Positions 51,134 through 60,361 of a stretch of 64,000 bases of DNA are shown piece after piece. The stretch comes from Escherichia phage EcS1: the sequence record NC_055721.1; one strand, 5' to 3'. The notes below the pieces were generated by a model. That model saw only the letters and a program-made list of their open reading frames with translations. It was not told the DNA's origin and made no database searches. How positions within the stretch are numbered: the stretch's first letter is position 1; every line of letters starts with the position of its first letter. The position numbers were made by a program, and so were the translations under genes.

Positions 51134-51631
51134 ATGGCTGATAAATGGACAACAGTTAACCCAATCCCGTGGCGAGATACAAGTTTTACGTATCTCCCTT
51201 ACTGGCTTTACGATATTATAGTTAAAGCCTTTAAAGACGGTAATGATTGGCGTGATTATTCTGAAACGAAATACAAATTAGAATTTGATACCTTGATTCA
51301 AGCATTCGAAGACTACGATGACATTTCAGTTATTGAATCACGTAATGGTAATCTACATGATTTATCTAATTTTACACCAGTAACAATCACAGCTAAATCA
51401 CCTGTGCCAGCTTTTAAAGTTGGTGACCCAGATTTAGTTATCAGCGCATTGTTCACAATTGATCCAGTTAAATTAGGGCAGCATGCAGTGTTATCTGTTG
51501 ATGCTTCTGGACATGCTGTATTAAGCAGCAGTGCTGTACCATCCGTTAAGGCTGTTTCGGCTGGGACAACTGTGGTGACATGTACTATTGGTGATGTATC
51601 AGAAACAATTAGTTTAGTTGTAACTGTATAG
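51134..51631 (+). CDS. Hoc-like protein: capsid-binding-like module plus Big_2-type Ig domain
   Basis: N-terminus VNPIPWRDTSFTYLPYW...ESRNGNLH repeats the Hoc C-terminal module; C-terminus resembles a bacterial Ig-like domain (SAGTTVVTCTIGDVSETISLVVTV). Confidence 0.6.
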   Translation: MADKWTTVNPIPWRDTSFTYLPYWLYDIIVKAFKDGNDWRDYSETKYKLEFDTLIQAFEDYDDISVIESRNGNLHDLSNFTPVTITAKSPVPAFKVGDPDLVISALFTIDPVKLGQHAVLSVDASGHAVLSSSAVPSVKAVSAGTTVVTCTIGDVSETISLVVTV

Positions 51632-51632
51632 C

Positions 51633-51668
51633 AAAAAGGGAGAGCTTACGCTCTCCCTTTTTTATTTT
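51633..51668. terminator. bidirectional terminator between the Hoc-like gene and inh
   Basis: A5 - GGGAGAGC-TTAC-GCTCTCCC - T6ATTTT. Confidence 0.6.
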
Positions 51669-52375
51669 ATAACTTGGAAACTTGAATTACGCGTTTCACG
51701 AACGCGAACTAACCCATCACGCTTAATGTAATATAAAAGACTTAATATCGTATCAATACCGTAGTGGTGTGGGAACGAATGCGGATTCACTTTCCATTCT
51801 GGGTTCTTTGTAATCCATTCATAAATCCACCAAGGTAGAGTTACATAAGTTAATCCACGTCCAATTTGAGCTAATGTAGGACTGAAATCTTTTGGAAGCT
51901 CAAATACCTTTTCAGATTCAATAATCTGTTCAATAGCTTTTTCAAGAGCAGGGAGATCTTCTTCAGTCATAGGCTTGGTTGGGATAGTTTCAATGCCTTC
52001 GCTATGAATAACTGTAACAACTTCACCAATTGGAGCTTGAATAGAGTTAATGATTTTAGCTTCAACGGAAGGAGCTCCGATAGAATCGATCAAAAGTGTC
52101 TTGGCTTCATCTTTAGCTTCATCTTTAAAAACAGAAGTGCCAGTGAGTTCATCATCAGCTTGAATCAAATCAGAGATACTCATTCCGCCAATATCTTCAG
52201 GCATTGGTTCAGAAGCAAGTTTTTTCATTTCTTCTGACAAGTCAGCAACCATGTTATCAAATGACTTAGTTTTCTTTAAAGTTATGTTGAAAGTAAGAGC
52301 GTAGTCGGCCAGTTTTTCTTTGGCTTCTTTTTTGTCTAGCTCACGAAGTTCGTCAATATAAATTTTATCAATCAT
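51662..52375 (-). CDS. inh: inhibitor of prohead protease (Inh)-like protein
   Basis: 237 aa (T4 Inh 226) in the conserved position between hoc and uvsW. Confidence 0.5.
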   Translation of the reverse strand: MIDKIYIDELRELDKKEAKEKLADYALTFNITLKKTKSFDNMVADLSEEMKKLASEPMPEDIGGMSISDLIQADDELTGTSVFKDEAKDEAKTLLIDSIGAPSVEAKIINSIQAPIGEVVTVIHSEGIETIPTKPMTEEDLPALEKAIEQIIESEKVFELPKDFSPTLAQIGRGLTYVTLPWWIYEWITKNPEWKVNPHSFPHHYGIDTILSLLYYIKRDGLVRVRETRNSSFQVIK

Positions 52376-52390
52376 AGTATAGCCTCAGTG

Positions 52391-52398
52391 TATAAATA
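52391..52398 (+). promoter_or_regulatory. T4-type late promoter TATAAATA (uvsW)
   Basis: Exact TATAAATA 30 nt upstream of the uvsW ATG. Confidence 0.45.
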
Positions 52399-52427
52399 TA
52401 TCTATATTTATTACTTAGGAATCTCTC

Positions 52428-53927
52428 GTGGATATCAATGTACATTTTGAAGATTATAGTCATGTTCTGATTGAATGCTCAGAGAGCATCTTCTTTGAAC
52501 TAAGAGACTACTTTTCATTTGAAGCTGATGGCTTCAAATTTAACCCACAATACAAATATGGTCATTGGGATGGACGAATTCGCCTTTTAGGTTATGACCG
52601 TCGTTTGCCATTTGGACTAGTTGGATTCATCGATAAATTTGCTTCCAATATGGATTACAAAGTAGCAATTGACCCTAAAATCAATGAGAAAGAAGATATC
52701 GCTCGTGTTGATTTTGATAATTGGTTGAATGCTCTTGAAATTTATTCTGGGTCTACCAAGATTGAGCCACATTGGTACCAGAAGGACGCCGTGTACACTG
52801 GCCTGATGAATCGTAGAAACATTCTTAATTTACCTACTTCCGCAGGTAAGTCATTGATTCAGGCGCTCCTGGCACGTTATTATGTTGAGAACTATGTTGG
52901 TAAGATTTTAATCATTGTTCCAACAACAGCTTTAGTTGATCAAATGATTGACGATTTTGTTGATTATCGTTTGTTCAATCGTAAGAATATGCTAGGCATT
53001 CGTGGTGGTACAGCTCGTGATTCTGACGCAGAGATTTATGTTGCTACTTGGCAAACTGCTGTTAAACAACCTAAAGAATGGTTCAGTCAGTTTGGTATGA
53101 TGATGAACGACGAATGTCATCTTGCTACAGGCAAAAGTATTTCATCTATTATTGCAGGCTTAAATAATTGTGCTTTCAAATATGGTCTTTCTGGTTCTTT
53201 AAAAGATGGTAAAGCCAATTTGATGCAATATGTAGGTATGTTTGGTAATGTTTTTAAGCCTGTGTCAACATCACAGCTTATGGAAGATGGTCAAGTAACT
53301 GATTTGAAAATCAACTCTATTTTCTTACGTTACCCTGATGAATTCTGTGCTCAAATGAAAGGCAAAGATTATCAGACAGAAATTAAGGTTATCCAAAAAG
53401 CTAAGAAACGAAATCTTTGGGTCTCTAAGCTTGCTGTTAAATTAGCTAAAAAAGAAGAGAACGTTTTCTTGATGTTCAAGAATGCCGAACATGGTAAAGA
53501 ACTTTTCCAAATGGTTAAAGACCTTGAGCATAAAGAAGTATTCTTCGTAAATGGTGAAGTTGATACTGATACTCGTAATGCATTGAAAGTAATGGCTGAA
53601 AATGGCAAGGGTATTATTGTTGTCGCTTCATACGGCGTATTCTCTACCGGCATCAGTGTTAAAAACTTACATCATATTATTTTTGCACACCCGGTAAAAT
53701 CAAAGATCATTGTGCTTCAGACTATTGGTCGTGTACTTCGTAAACACGTAAGTAAAACAACGGCTCAAGTCTGGGACATTATAGATGATATGGGTGTTAA
53801 ACCTAAGTCTGCTAATGCTAAAAAGAAATATGTTCATTTGAATTATGCATTAAAACATGCTCTTGAACGTATTCAACGTTATGCAGAAGAAAAATTCAAT
53901 TATGTAATGAAACAGGTAGACTTATGA
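52428..53927 (+). CDS. uvsW: DNA/RNA helicase UvsW
   Basis: 499 aa; Walker A LNLPTSAGKS and DECH box; size matches T4 UvsW. Confidence 0.9.
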   Translation: MDINVHFEDYSHVLIECSESIFFELRDYFSFEADGFKFNPQYKYGHWDGRIRLLGYDRRLPFGLVGFIDKFASNMDYKVAIDPKINEKEDIARVDFDNWLNALEIYSGSTKIEPHWYQKDAVYTGLMNRRNILNLPTSAGKSLIQALLARYYVENYVGKILIIVPTTALVDQMIDDFVDYRLFNRKNMLGIRGGTARDSDAEIYVATWQTAVKQPKEWFSQFGMMMNDECHLATGKSISSIIAGLNNCAFKYGLSGSLKDGKANLMQYVGMFGNVFKPVSTSQLMEDGQVTDLKINSIFLRYPDEFCAQMKGKDYQTEIKVIQKAKKRNLWVSKLAVKLAKKEENVFLMFKNAEHGKELFQMVKDLEHKEVFFVNGEVDTDTRNALKVMAENGKGIIVVASYGVFSTGISVKNLHHIIFAHPVKSKIIVLQTIGRVLRKHVSKTTAQVWDIIDDMGVKPKSANAKKKYVHLNYALKHALERIQRYAEEKFNYVMKQVDL

Positions 53928-54151
53928 TTGACTTCAAACAATTTGTTCATGAAGCAGCAATCGAAACCTTTATGTCTAAAATAGGGTCTTGTATGACCCT
54001 TGATGGACTTAAAGAACTCGAAGGCTATTACAAGAAACGTTCAGGTGAAACTGAATTAGGTGATTCAGACGACATCAGTATTCGTGATGCATTGGCAGGC
54101 AAGCGTACAGAGCTTGAGTCGATGGATGATGAAGAAGATGAAGATTTTTAA
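53924..54151 (+). CDS. uvsW.1: UvsW.1 protein
   Basis: 75-aa acidic ORF overlapping the uvsW stop (ATGA), as in T4. Confidence 0.7.
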   Translation: MIDFKQFVHEAAIETFMSKIGSCMTLDGLKELEGYYKKRSGETELGDSDDISIRDALAGKRTELESMDDEEDEDF

Positions 54152-54212
54152 TACAAAAAAGCCCCGACCATAAGGAAGGGGCAAAACCAACAAAGTGGCT
54201 ATCAACACTAGA

Positions 54213-54377
54213 CTAAATTAAAAGTTGCGTTTCGTTCAATTGCTCTTGTGTGTCTTCAGTGACAGGCAATTCACACGCATAATTATAGCAAGGACCTGGA
54301 TGAACCAGACCTTTGTCTGATTGAACAACCAATGCCGAATCGATTGGTGTTTTACAGACGACACAAATCTCAGACAT
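54213..54377 (-). CDS. UvsY.-2-like small Cys-containing protein (54 aa)
   Basis: ORF below the track cut-off: MSEICVVCKTPIDSALVVQSDKGLVHPGPCYNYACELPV...; located upstream of uvsY.-1 and uvsY. Confidence 0.5.
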   Translation of the reverse strand: MSEICVVCKTPIDSALVVQSDKGLVHPGPCYNYACELPVTEDTQEQLNETQLLI

Positions 54378-54406
54378 AATTGTCTCCTTGGTTGTCGTTA
54401 CATATC

Positions 54407-54414
54407 TATTTATA
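54407..54414 (-). promoter_or_regulatory. T4-type late promoter TATAAATA (minus strand)
   Basis: Exact TATAAATA on the minus strand 30 nt upstream of the 54377 ATG. Confidence 0.4.
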
Positions 54415-54625
54415 TTTGCTTTCTGGCTTTAGCTTTAAAGTCTCGCATATGCATGTCTATGCCCATTTGTGTTTCGTAGAAATACTCATCTATATACCCA
54501 GCAAACTTGCCTTTAATATAAAGAACATCTTCACCACACGGATGATCAGGTACAATACGGATATCTGAATCGGAAATTCCATGCTTTTTCTTTAAGAACT
54601 TTATCTCTTCTTCAAACTCTTCCAT
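54410..54625 (-). CDS. UvsY.-1-like protein
   Basis: 71-aa ORF directly downstream of uvsY (T4 uvsY.-1 is of similar size). Confidence 0.6.
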   Translation of the reverse strand: MEEFEEEIKFLKKKHGISDSDIRIVPDHPCGEDVLYIKGKFAGYIDEYFYETQMGIDMHMRDFKAKARKQI

Positions 54626-55059
54626 TACTTACCACCAGCTTCAAATACTCTGATATCAAGAATATGTTTAATGCTGAAACCACGAGCCTTTACAGCGTCC
54701 ATAGCACTTGAACAGAATTCAAGCAGAATAGCCCAATATTGCAATTGAGTTTCTACTTTCAACACATTGCTGTCTGCCGACAGAACCATTTTCATTTCTG
54801 ACTTCTCATATTGGTCCATACTCACAGCTTCACCTGGCTCACCACGACCGGTATAAAAATCCAATCGCTTCTTAAGCGCAGTCTTTTTCTGCGCTTCAAT
54901 TCTTAATATCTCTTTTCGACAAGTCGAATGCAGACGCAACCACTTCCCGTATAAAACAGGATTATTAGCAGCTTCATACTGTAACTTGGTTGAATCTATC
55001 TTTAAATCCTTATCTAACTCATCTTGAAACGACTCTAATTTAAACTCTAATCCACTCAT
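54625..55059 (-). CDS. uvsY: recombination mediator UvsY
   Basis: KIDSTKLQYEAANNPVLYGKWL...LRIEAQKK...YEKSEMKMVLSADSNVLKVETQLQYWAILLEFCSSAMDAVKARGFSIKHI tracks T4 UvsY. Confidence 0.88.
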   Translation of the reverse strand: MSGLEFKLESFQDELDKDLKIDSTKLQYEAANNPVLYGKWLRLHSTCRKEILRIEAQKKTALKKRLDFYTGRGEPGEAVSMDQYEKSEMKMVLSADSNVLKVETQLQYWAILLEFCSSAMDAVKARGFSIKHILDIRVFEAGGK

Positions 55060-55116
55060 TAATGTTCCTTAGCAATAAACCCGTAACCCATTATACACAC
55101 CTTCAAAAGAAAGCGT

Positions 55117-55515
55117 TTAACGAGCTGAATTACTAAGTTGAAGCTTGATTTGTTCAACGGTATCCGGGTTGTCTATAATACTAAATTGAACTGTCACAAT
55201 AAGCGTATAACTATCATACAACGGTGTAACATCAACTAATAGTTTATCAATACGAGGTTCAAAGTTACGAATAGCAGATATGATATTACGCTGAGTTGTA
55301 TCTGCTGTAAGTGGTGTCATGTTTTCAAAAAGCTGATCAGACAACTCACATCCAAATTCTGGATTAAAGGGTCGAGACCCTTTACGAGTCGTAATAATGC
55401 CTAACAAACTGTTTTTAACTGCACGAGACCCAGTGGCTTTAGAAATATCGCGATCCCAAGCCATATTCATCTCGGGATCGATATCAGAGTATAATTGATT
55501 TATGTTTTTGATCAT
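55117..55515 (-). CDS. 25: baseplate wedge protein gp25
   Basis: 132 aa (T4 gp25 132). Confidence 0.88.
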   Translation of the reverse strand: MIKNINQLYSDIDPEMNMAWDRDISKATGSRAVKNSLLGIITTRKGSRPFNPEFGCELSDQLFENMTPLTADTTQRNIISAIRNFEPRIDKLLVDVTPLYDSYTLIVTVQFSIIDNPDTVEQIKLQLSNSAR

Positions 55516-56144
55516 TATAGTAGCTTAAAGAATTCTTTAAGTCCTTTAATTACATGAACACTGGTTTCGCCACATTCACATGAAATAGGCACTGCTAATA
55601 CTACTTGTGGTTTTAATAGCATAGCGGTAATGTCTTTTAGTGCTTCACTAGAGATAGCAGCATAAAGATCATCTAATTCTAAATCTGAAAGATCATCTAC
55701 TTTAATGACTGAACCATCAACATCAATGAACTCAATACACTTAGCAACCATCATAGCCATATTAGAGTCATCAAAAAGTTTAGGGTATTTGAACTTGACC
55801 TTAAAGTTAGTGAATTCCCACACCAGGGGCTCAGAGGGAGCATCAATTTGTGCATGTGTAAAGTTAAGTGGCACCTCTTGTTCCCGCTTACAGGCACACA
55901 CCCACGTATGCTCATGATTAACTTCACCTAATGAATGAGCCCAAAGTTTAATGACAAGCAATTCAGATTCTTGGCGATTAAGGTTATCAGCATCAGTACA
56001 GTTTTTAATCAGTTCTACGATGGCTAAGTCTAATGTTCCCTTAAGCTTTGCATGCATAAGGTCTTTATATTCTCTAAGAGTAAATGCTCGGCAATTAACC
56101 ACTTTACCTGAGACATGTACTGTAAATTTATATTCAAAGTTCAT
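55515..56144 (-). CDS. 26: baseplate hub protein gp26
   Basis: 209 aa (T4 gp26 208). Confidence 0.8.
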   Translation of the reverse strand: MNFEYKFTVHVSGKVVNCRAFTLREYKDLMHAKLKGTLDLAIVELIKNCTDADNLNRQESELLVIKLWAHSLGEVNHEHTWVCACKREQEVPLNFTHAQIDAPSEPLVWEFTNFKVKFKYPKLFDDSNMAMMVAKCIEFIDVDGSVIKVDDLSDLELDDLYAAISSEALKDITAMLLKPQVVLAVPISCECGETSVHVIKGLKEFFKLL

Positions 56145-56166
56145 AAAATAGTTCCTCTTATATGTG

Positions 56167-56178
56167 TATTTATAAATA
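56167..56178. promoter_or_regulatory. palindromic divergent late promoter pair TATTTATAAATA (gene 26 minus, gene 51 plus)
   Basis: The 12-mer contains TATAAATA on both strands, centred between the divergent gene 26 and gene 51 start codons. Confidence 0.55.
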
Positions 56179-56194
56179 GATGAAAGGAGATACT

Positions 56195-56947
56195 ATGGCT
56201 AATATCGTACGTTGCAATTTGCCTGATGGTACTCATCGTTTCAAGCCGTTCACAGTCGCAGATTATCGAGATTTCTTGTTAGTTCGAAATGACATGAACA
56301 CTAAATCAAAAGAAGAACAAATCGAATTGCTTGACGATCTCTTAGATGATTATTTCGATGAATATCCTAAATCATGGCGCCCTTACATTTTTATTTCAGT
56401 TTTTACTTCATCTATCGGTAAAACAAAAATACCTGTAGCATATGAATGTTCTAAATGTGGTAACACAAAACGATTCATGATTAACCTGGCCCAACCGCCA
56501 TTAACAGCTCCAACCATTGAATGCTCAGGTGTCAAAATCAAATTCAAATACCCAAATGAATTCACTGATGACTTAGTCCAATTAGTCGCTGACAATATCG
56601 ATTCAGTCGAAGACAGTGAAGCTGTTTATAAGTGGGATGAACTTGATAATGAAACTAAAGTTCAAGTGATTGATTCTATTGATTACAAATCATTTGAAGC
56701 TCTTATCAAGAAAATGAAACCACTTTATATAGAAGTTAATTACGGCTGCTGTACAAAACACCAATATGTTTATGATTCATTAGTAGATGTATTTAAATTA
56801 TTATTGAACCCAGATGAAGTCTTTTCTTTTTATCAAGTGAATCATCTTTTAGTTAAAAGTCATTATGACTTAAATTCTGTTATGAGTATGATTCCAATTG
56901 AAAGAAGTATTGCTTTATCATTAGTCGAAAAGGACCTTAAGAAATGA
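56195..56947 (+). CDS. 51: baseplate hub assembly catalyst gp51
   Basis: Start placed at the Met preceded by AGGAG (MANIVRCNLPDG...); 250 aa (T4 gp51 249). Confidence 0.8.
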   Translation: MANIVRCNLPDGTHRFKPFTVADYRDFLLVRNDMNTKSKEEQIELLDDLLDDYFDEYPKSWRPYIFISVFTSSIGKTKIPVAYECSKCGNTKRFMINLAQPPLTAPTIECSGVKIKFKYPNEFTDDLVQLVADNIDSVEDSEAVYKWDELDNETKVQVIDSIDYKSFEALIKKMKPLYIEVNYGCCTKHQYVYDSLVDVFKLLLNPDEVFSFYQVNHLLVKSHYDLNSVMSMIPIERSIALSLVEKDLKK

Positions 56948-58152
56948 CCAAAACAGTCCAGATGGCTGGGTATCCTAATATTAGTATCAAGCTATATGAA
57001 AACTATGATGCTTGGCTTGAAAATAGATTTGTTGAACTTGCTGCTACATTCACTACACTCACAATGAGAGATGGACTTTATGGAAACAATGAAGGCCTTC
57101 TTCAGTTCTATGATAACAAGAATCTCCATACTAAAATGGATGGTGAACAAGTCATTCAGATTTCTGTAGCTAATGCTAACACTCAAAGAACATTATCTCG
57201 TATCTATGGATGTAAACACTTTGCTGTAGGTGTTGACTCTAAAAGTGATAACATCATTACGATTCAATTAGCACCAATTCATATTTTAGAAGACTTGAAA
57301 TTCTCAAGAACATTTTTTGCTAATGCCTCACAAAGTATTAACGAAATGATTAACGTCATCTATCAAGACCGACCGTTAATTGCACCACCCGTTGAATCAC
57401 TTAACATATATGTTCCTAAGGTTCCATGGTGTGGCAATGTTCCTAAATACTATGACTTCGTTCGCGATACTGGGTTAGCTGTTGATTCTGACCAATTCGT
57501 TTTTGTTTGGGAAGATATCCAAGGCATCAGGTTCATGGATTATCAACAAATGACTGCTCAAGAAGCTAAAACATTTGTTGTTGGTGAACCAAGACTAATT
57601 GGACAATATGTTAATCAATTAGAAACACCTATCGCATTTGACTTTGAATGGCTAACTAAAGCTAACCAACACACACGTAAGCCAATGACTAACGTTACGA
57701 TATATGCTCATTCATTTATGGATAAAGAGGTTACTCGTATTGTTGTTGGTGAAGGACAAAATAGTGTATTAGTTTCACGTTCAGGTGCTTATGCTGAACA
57801 GATTTATCGTAACGGTTATGAAGAAGCATTGCGATTAGGAACAATGGCTCAATACGATGGTTATGCTCACGTGAAGGTATACGGTGACTTTGAATTATGC
57901 CCAGGTCAAAAATTAAACTTTGCTGATATTAAGAACCAATTCGTATCTGATTTTTATATTGATGAAGTGATTCATGAAATAAGCAATAATCAATCAATCA
58001 CTAACATCTATGCATTTACAAATGGTAAGCCGATTACACCGGTAGAACCAATTAAGGTGAAAAATGAACTTAAAACTTATAATCCCGATGAAGACATTGA
58101 AACTGAATGGGAAGGACCTCAAGATCCCGAAACTGGGACTGAAACACCATAA
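56944..58152 (+). CDS. 27: baseplate hub protein gp27
   Basis: 402 aa (T4 gp27 391). Confidence 0.88.
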   Translation: MTKTVQMAGYPNISIKLYENYDAWLENRFVELAATFTTLTMRDGLYGNNEGLLQFYDNKNLHTKMDGEQVIQISVANANTQRTLSRIYGCKHFAVGVDSKSDNIITIQLAPIHILEDLKFSRTFFANASQSINEMINVIYQDRPLIAPPVESLNIYVPKVPWCGNVPKYYDFVRDTGLAVDSDQFVFVWEDIQGIRFMDYQQMTAQEAKTFVVGEPRLIGQYVNQLETPIAFDFEWLTKANQHTRKPMTNVTIYAHSFMDKEVTRIVVGEGQNSVLVSRSGAYAEQIYRNGYEEALRLGTMAQYDGYAHVKVYGDFELCPGQKLNFADIKNQFVSDFYIDEVIHEISNNQSITNIYAFTNGKPITPVEPIKVKNELKTYNPDEDIETEWEGPQDPETGTETP

Positions 58153-58606
58153 ACTAGTTCGTGATGTCCGCGGCCCAGATGAGAATCTTAAAATACTAAT
58201 GGATTCTATATGTCCTGGTTTAACGGCTGCTGAAACAGATTTCGTTGCTCTTCATGTATTAGCATTTAATAATCGTTTGAAAGATGAAGTCACAATAGAT
58301 GGCTTCACTTATAAATTGAATGACATTTATATTTGTCAACGATTAGAACAACAATTTGCTGGTCATACATTCTATTTCAGGTCTAATAAGCCATTTGAAC
58401 AGTTCGGACCAGTCGATGATGTATTAGAGAAATGTTTCTTAAAAGTAGATAATTCTACCGAATGCCCTGATTTCATGGGTATGCCTGCATTTGTTTCTAA
58501 ATGGGCTGATGATATTACTTCGACTGTAGCTATTCCTGGTCCTAATGGCCCTATCAAAGGAATAATACCTATTATGGACATTTTAAATGATTCAACCAAA
58601 CAGTGA
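58064..58606 (+). CDS. 28: baseplate hub distal protein gp28
   Basis: 180 aa (T4 gp28 177); start uncertain because the longest ORF overlaps the gp27 3' end by 89 nt. Confidence 0.7.
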   Translation: MNLKLIIPMKTLKLNGKDLKIPKLGLKHHKLVRDVRGPDENLKILMDSICPGLTAAETDFVALHVLAFNNRLKDEVTIDGFTYKLNDIYICQRLEQQFAGHTFYFRSNKPFEQFGPVDDVLEKCFLKVDNSTECPDFMGMPAFVSKWADDITSTVAIPGPNGPIKGIIPIMDILNDSTKQ

Positions 58607-60353
58607 TAAAACTACATTACGTCGTAAGAAAAAAATAGAAGATGGCGAACCTGAGCGTAAAGCTCAGGGGGCAGCATCAGATCAAACTGTTGTCCTTAAT
58701 GATATATCTGCTAAATTAACCGACGTACAAGCAGCAACTGAACTAATTTCAGATACGGTTGAAGCTAAAGGTAATCAAATATTAGGAAGCATTGATGGGC
58801 TTTCTAAAGGTCTAGAAAATGTAGAAGCGGCCTCAGAATTAGCGGCTGAAGCTTCAGAGAAAACAACTGAACAAGTTTCTAAACTCAATGATGTTGCTTC
58901 AGCTATTTCAGATAAATTAGCTAAGCTTTCAGAGATGTTCGAGCATAAGCTTTTTGGTGCATCTGATTTTGTTGGCCCACAACCTTCAGCATCTCCTGAT
59001 TCATCTTTACTTGAAGCAATTAAAGCTGCAATGCCTCTTGAAGTAATTCAGCCATCGTTGAATGAATTACTTGAAAAACTATTACCAGGAGGACAACCGC
59101 CAGAACCGCCAACTCCTCCACCTGAAGACCCTCCTGCAGAAGAGAAACCTTCTAAAGAAAAACCAGGTAAGAGTGAAGATTCTAAATTAGATGATTTGAT
59201 TAAAATCACTAAAGGAGGATTCAAAGCTTCAGTAGGTGTGTCTGACAAAATTGCTGGTATGTTGTTCAAATATACATTGACAGCAGCAGCCGAAGCAGCT
59301 AAATTAGCCGGGATGATGTTTGCACTTATTTTAGGTATTGATCTTATTAGAATTCATTTCAAATATTGGAGCGATTTGTTTAATAAGAGTTTTGAAGAGT
59401 TCTTTGCTAAAGCTGAAGAATGGGGACCTTTAATTCAATCAGTTGTTGAGATGGCTAAAAATATTTCTACAATGTGGGACGAAAAGAATTGGTCTGGTCT
59501 TGCAGGTGCTATTATTAAAGGCATCGGTGATATTACTATTGCATTAGCTGATTTAATGTTCTTAGGCATCACTAAAATTACGGCTGCAATGCTTCGTGCA
59601 ATGGGTATGGATGATAAAGCCTTAACTGTAGAAGGTTATGGTTTAGAACAATTCCAAAAATCAGGTGCAGTTCTTGATGAACAAGACCAAGATACTTTGG
59701 CTCGTTATCAAGATCGTAATATGCAAAAAGATACTAAGAAAAAAACTGAAACAGCTGAAAGGTACAAAAATAGCAAAGCGGCTCGTGAACAAGCAGTTAA
59801 TTATGGGTCTCTGACAAAAGAAGAAGCTGCTCAAATCGAAGCTGGTACTTATGGCAAAGAGAATGAAATTGCTAATCTTCCTGAAGATCAACGTATTAAA
59901 GCTATCAAGGCTCGTAATGAAACTCAAGCTGCATTAAAACGTACTAATGATTTAACAGCGACAACTCGAAGCAGTGATACTTCGCGCATCGAAAATCTCG
60001 ATAAATCTATTGACTCAATTGGTAAGCGTTTAGCTGATCCTGCATTAGCTAAAACACCTAAGCTTCGTAAAGACATGGAAGGCGAATTAGGTAAATTAAC
60101 GGCTGCAGTAGATAAGCTTAAAGCAGATGCTAAGGTAGCTCCAGCTCCGGTTGAAGAACAAGAAGATACTCAAAAATCTAATCGTATTGAACAACAGAAA
60201 CGAGCTAATGAAGCAGCTAAAAATGCTCCAGCATCAAATGCTCAAGTCACTAACAATACTGTTGTAAATAAGACTAGTAAAACCAATGTTACTGTGCCAC
60301 CTACAAGTTCAACTCCTGCTCCAGGCATGGGTGGCTCACGAAGGGTTAATTAA
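58587..60353 (+). CDS. 29: baseplate hub / tail length determinator gp29
   Basis: 588 aa (T4 gp29 590); Pro-rich linker and long helical regions. Confidence 0.85.
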   Translation: MIQPNSDKTTLRRKKKIEDGEPERKAQGAASDQTVVLNDISAKLTDVQAATELISDTVEAKGNQILGSIDGLSKGLENVEAASELAAEASEKTTEQVSKLNDVASAISDKLAKLSEMFEHKLFGASDFVGPQPSASPDSSLLEAIKAAMPLEVIQPSLNELLEKLLPGGQPPEPPTPPPEDPPAEEKPSKEKPGKSEDSKLDDLIKITKGGFKASVGVSDKIAGMLFKYTLTAAAEAAKLAGMMFALILGIDLIRIHFKYWSDLFNKSFEEFFAKAEEWGPLIQSVVEMAKNISTMWDEKNWSGLAGAIIKGIGDITIALADLMFLGITKITAAMLRAMGMDDKALTVEGYGLEQFQKSGAVLDEQDQDTLARYQDRNMQKDTKKKTETAERYKNSKAAREQAVNYGSLTKEEAAQIEAGTYGKENEIANLPEDQRIKAIKARNETQAALKRTNDLTATTRSSDTSRIENLDKSIDSIGKRLADPALAKTPKLRKDMEGELGKLTAAVDKLKADAKVAPAPVEEQEDTQKSNRIEQQKRANEAAKNAPASNAQVTNNTVVNKTSKTNVTVPPTSSTPAPGMGGSRRVN

Positions 60354-60361
60354 GGAATATT

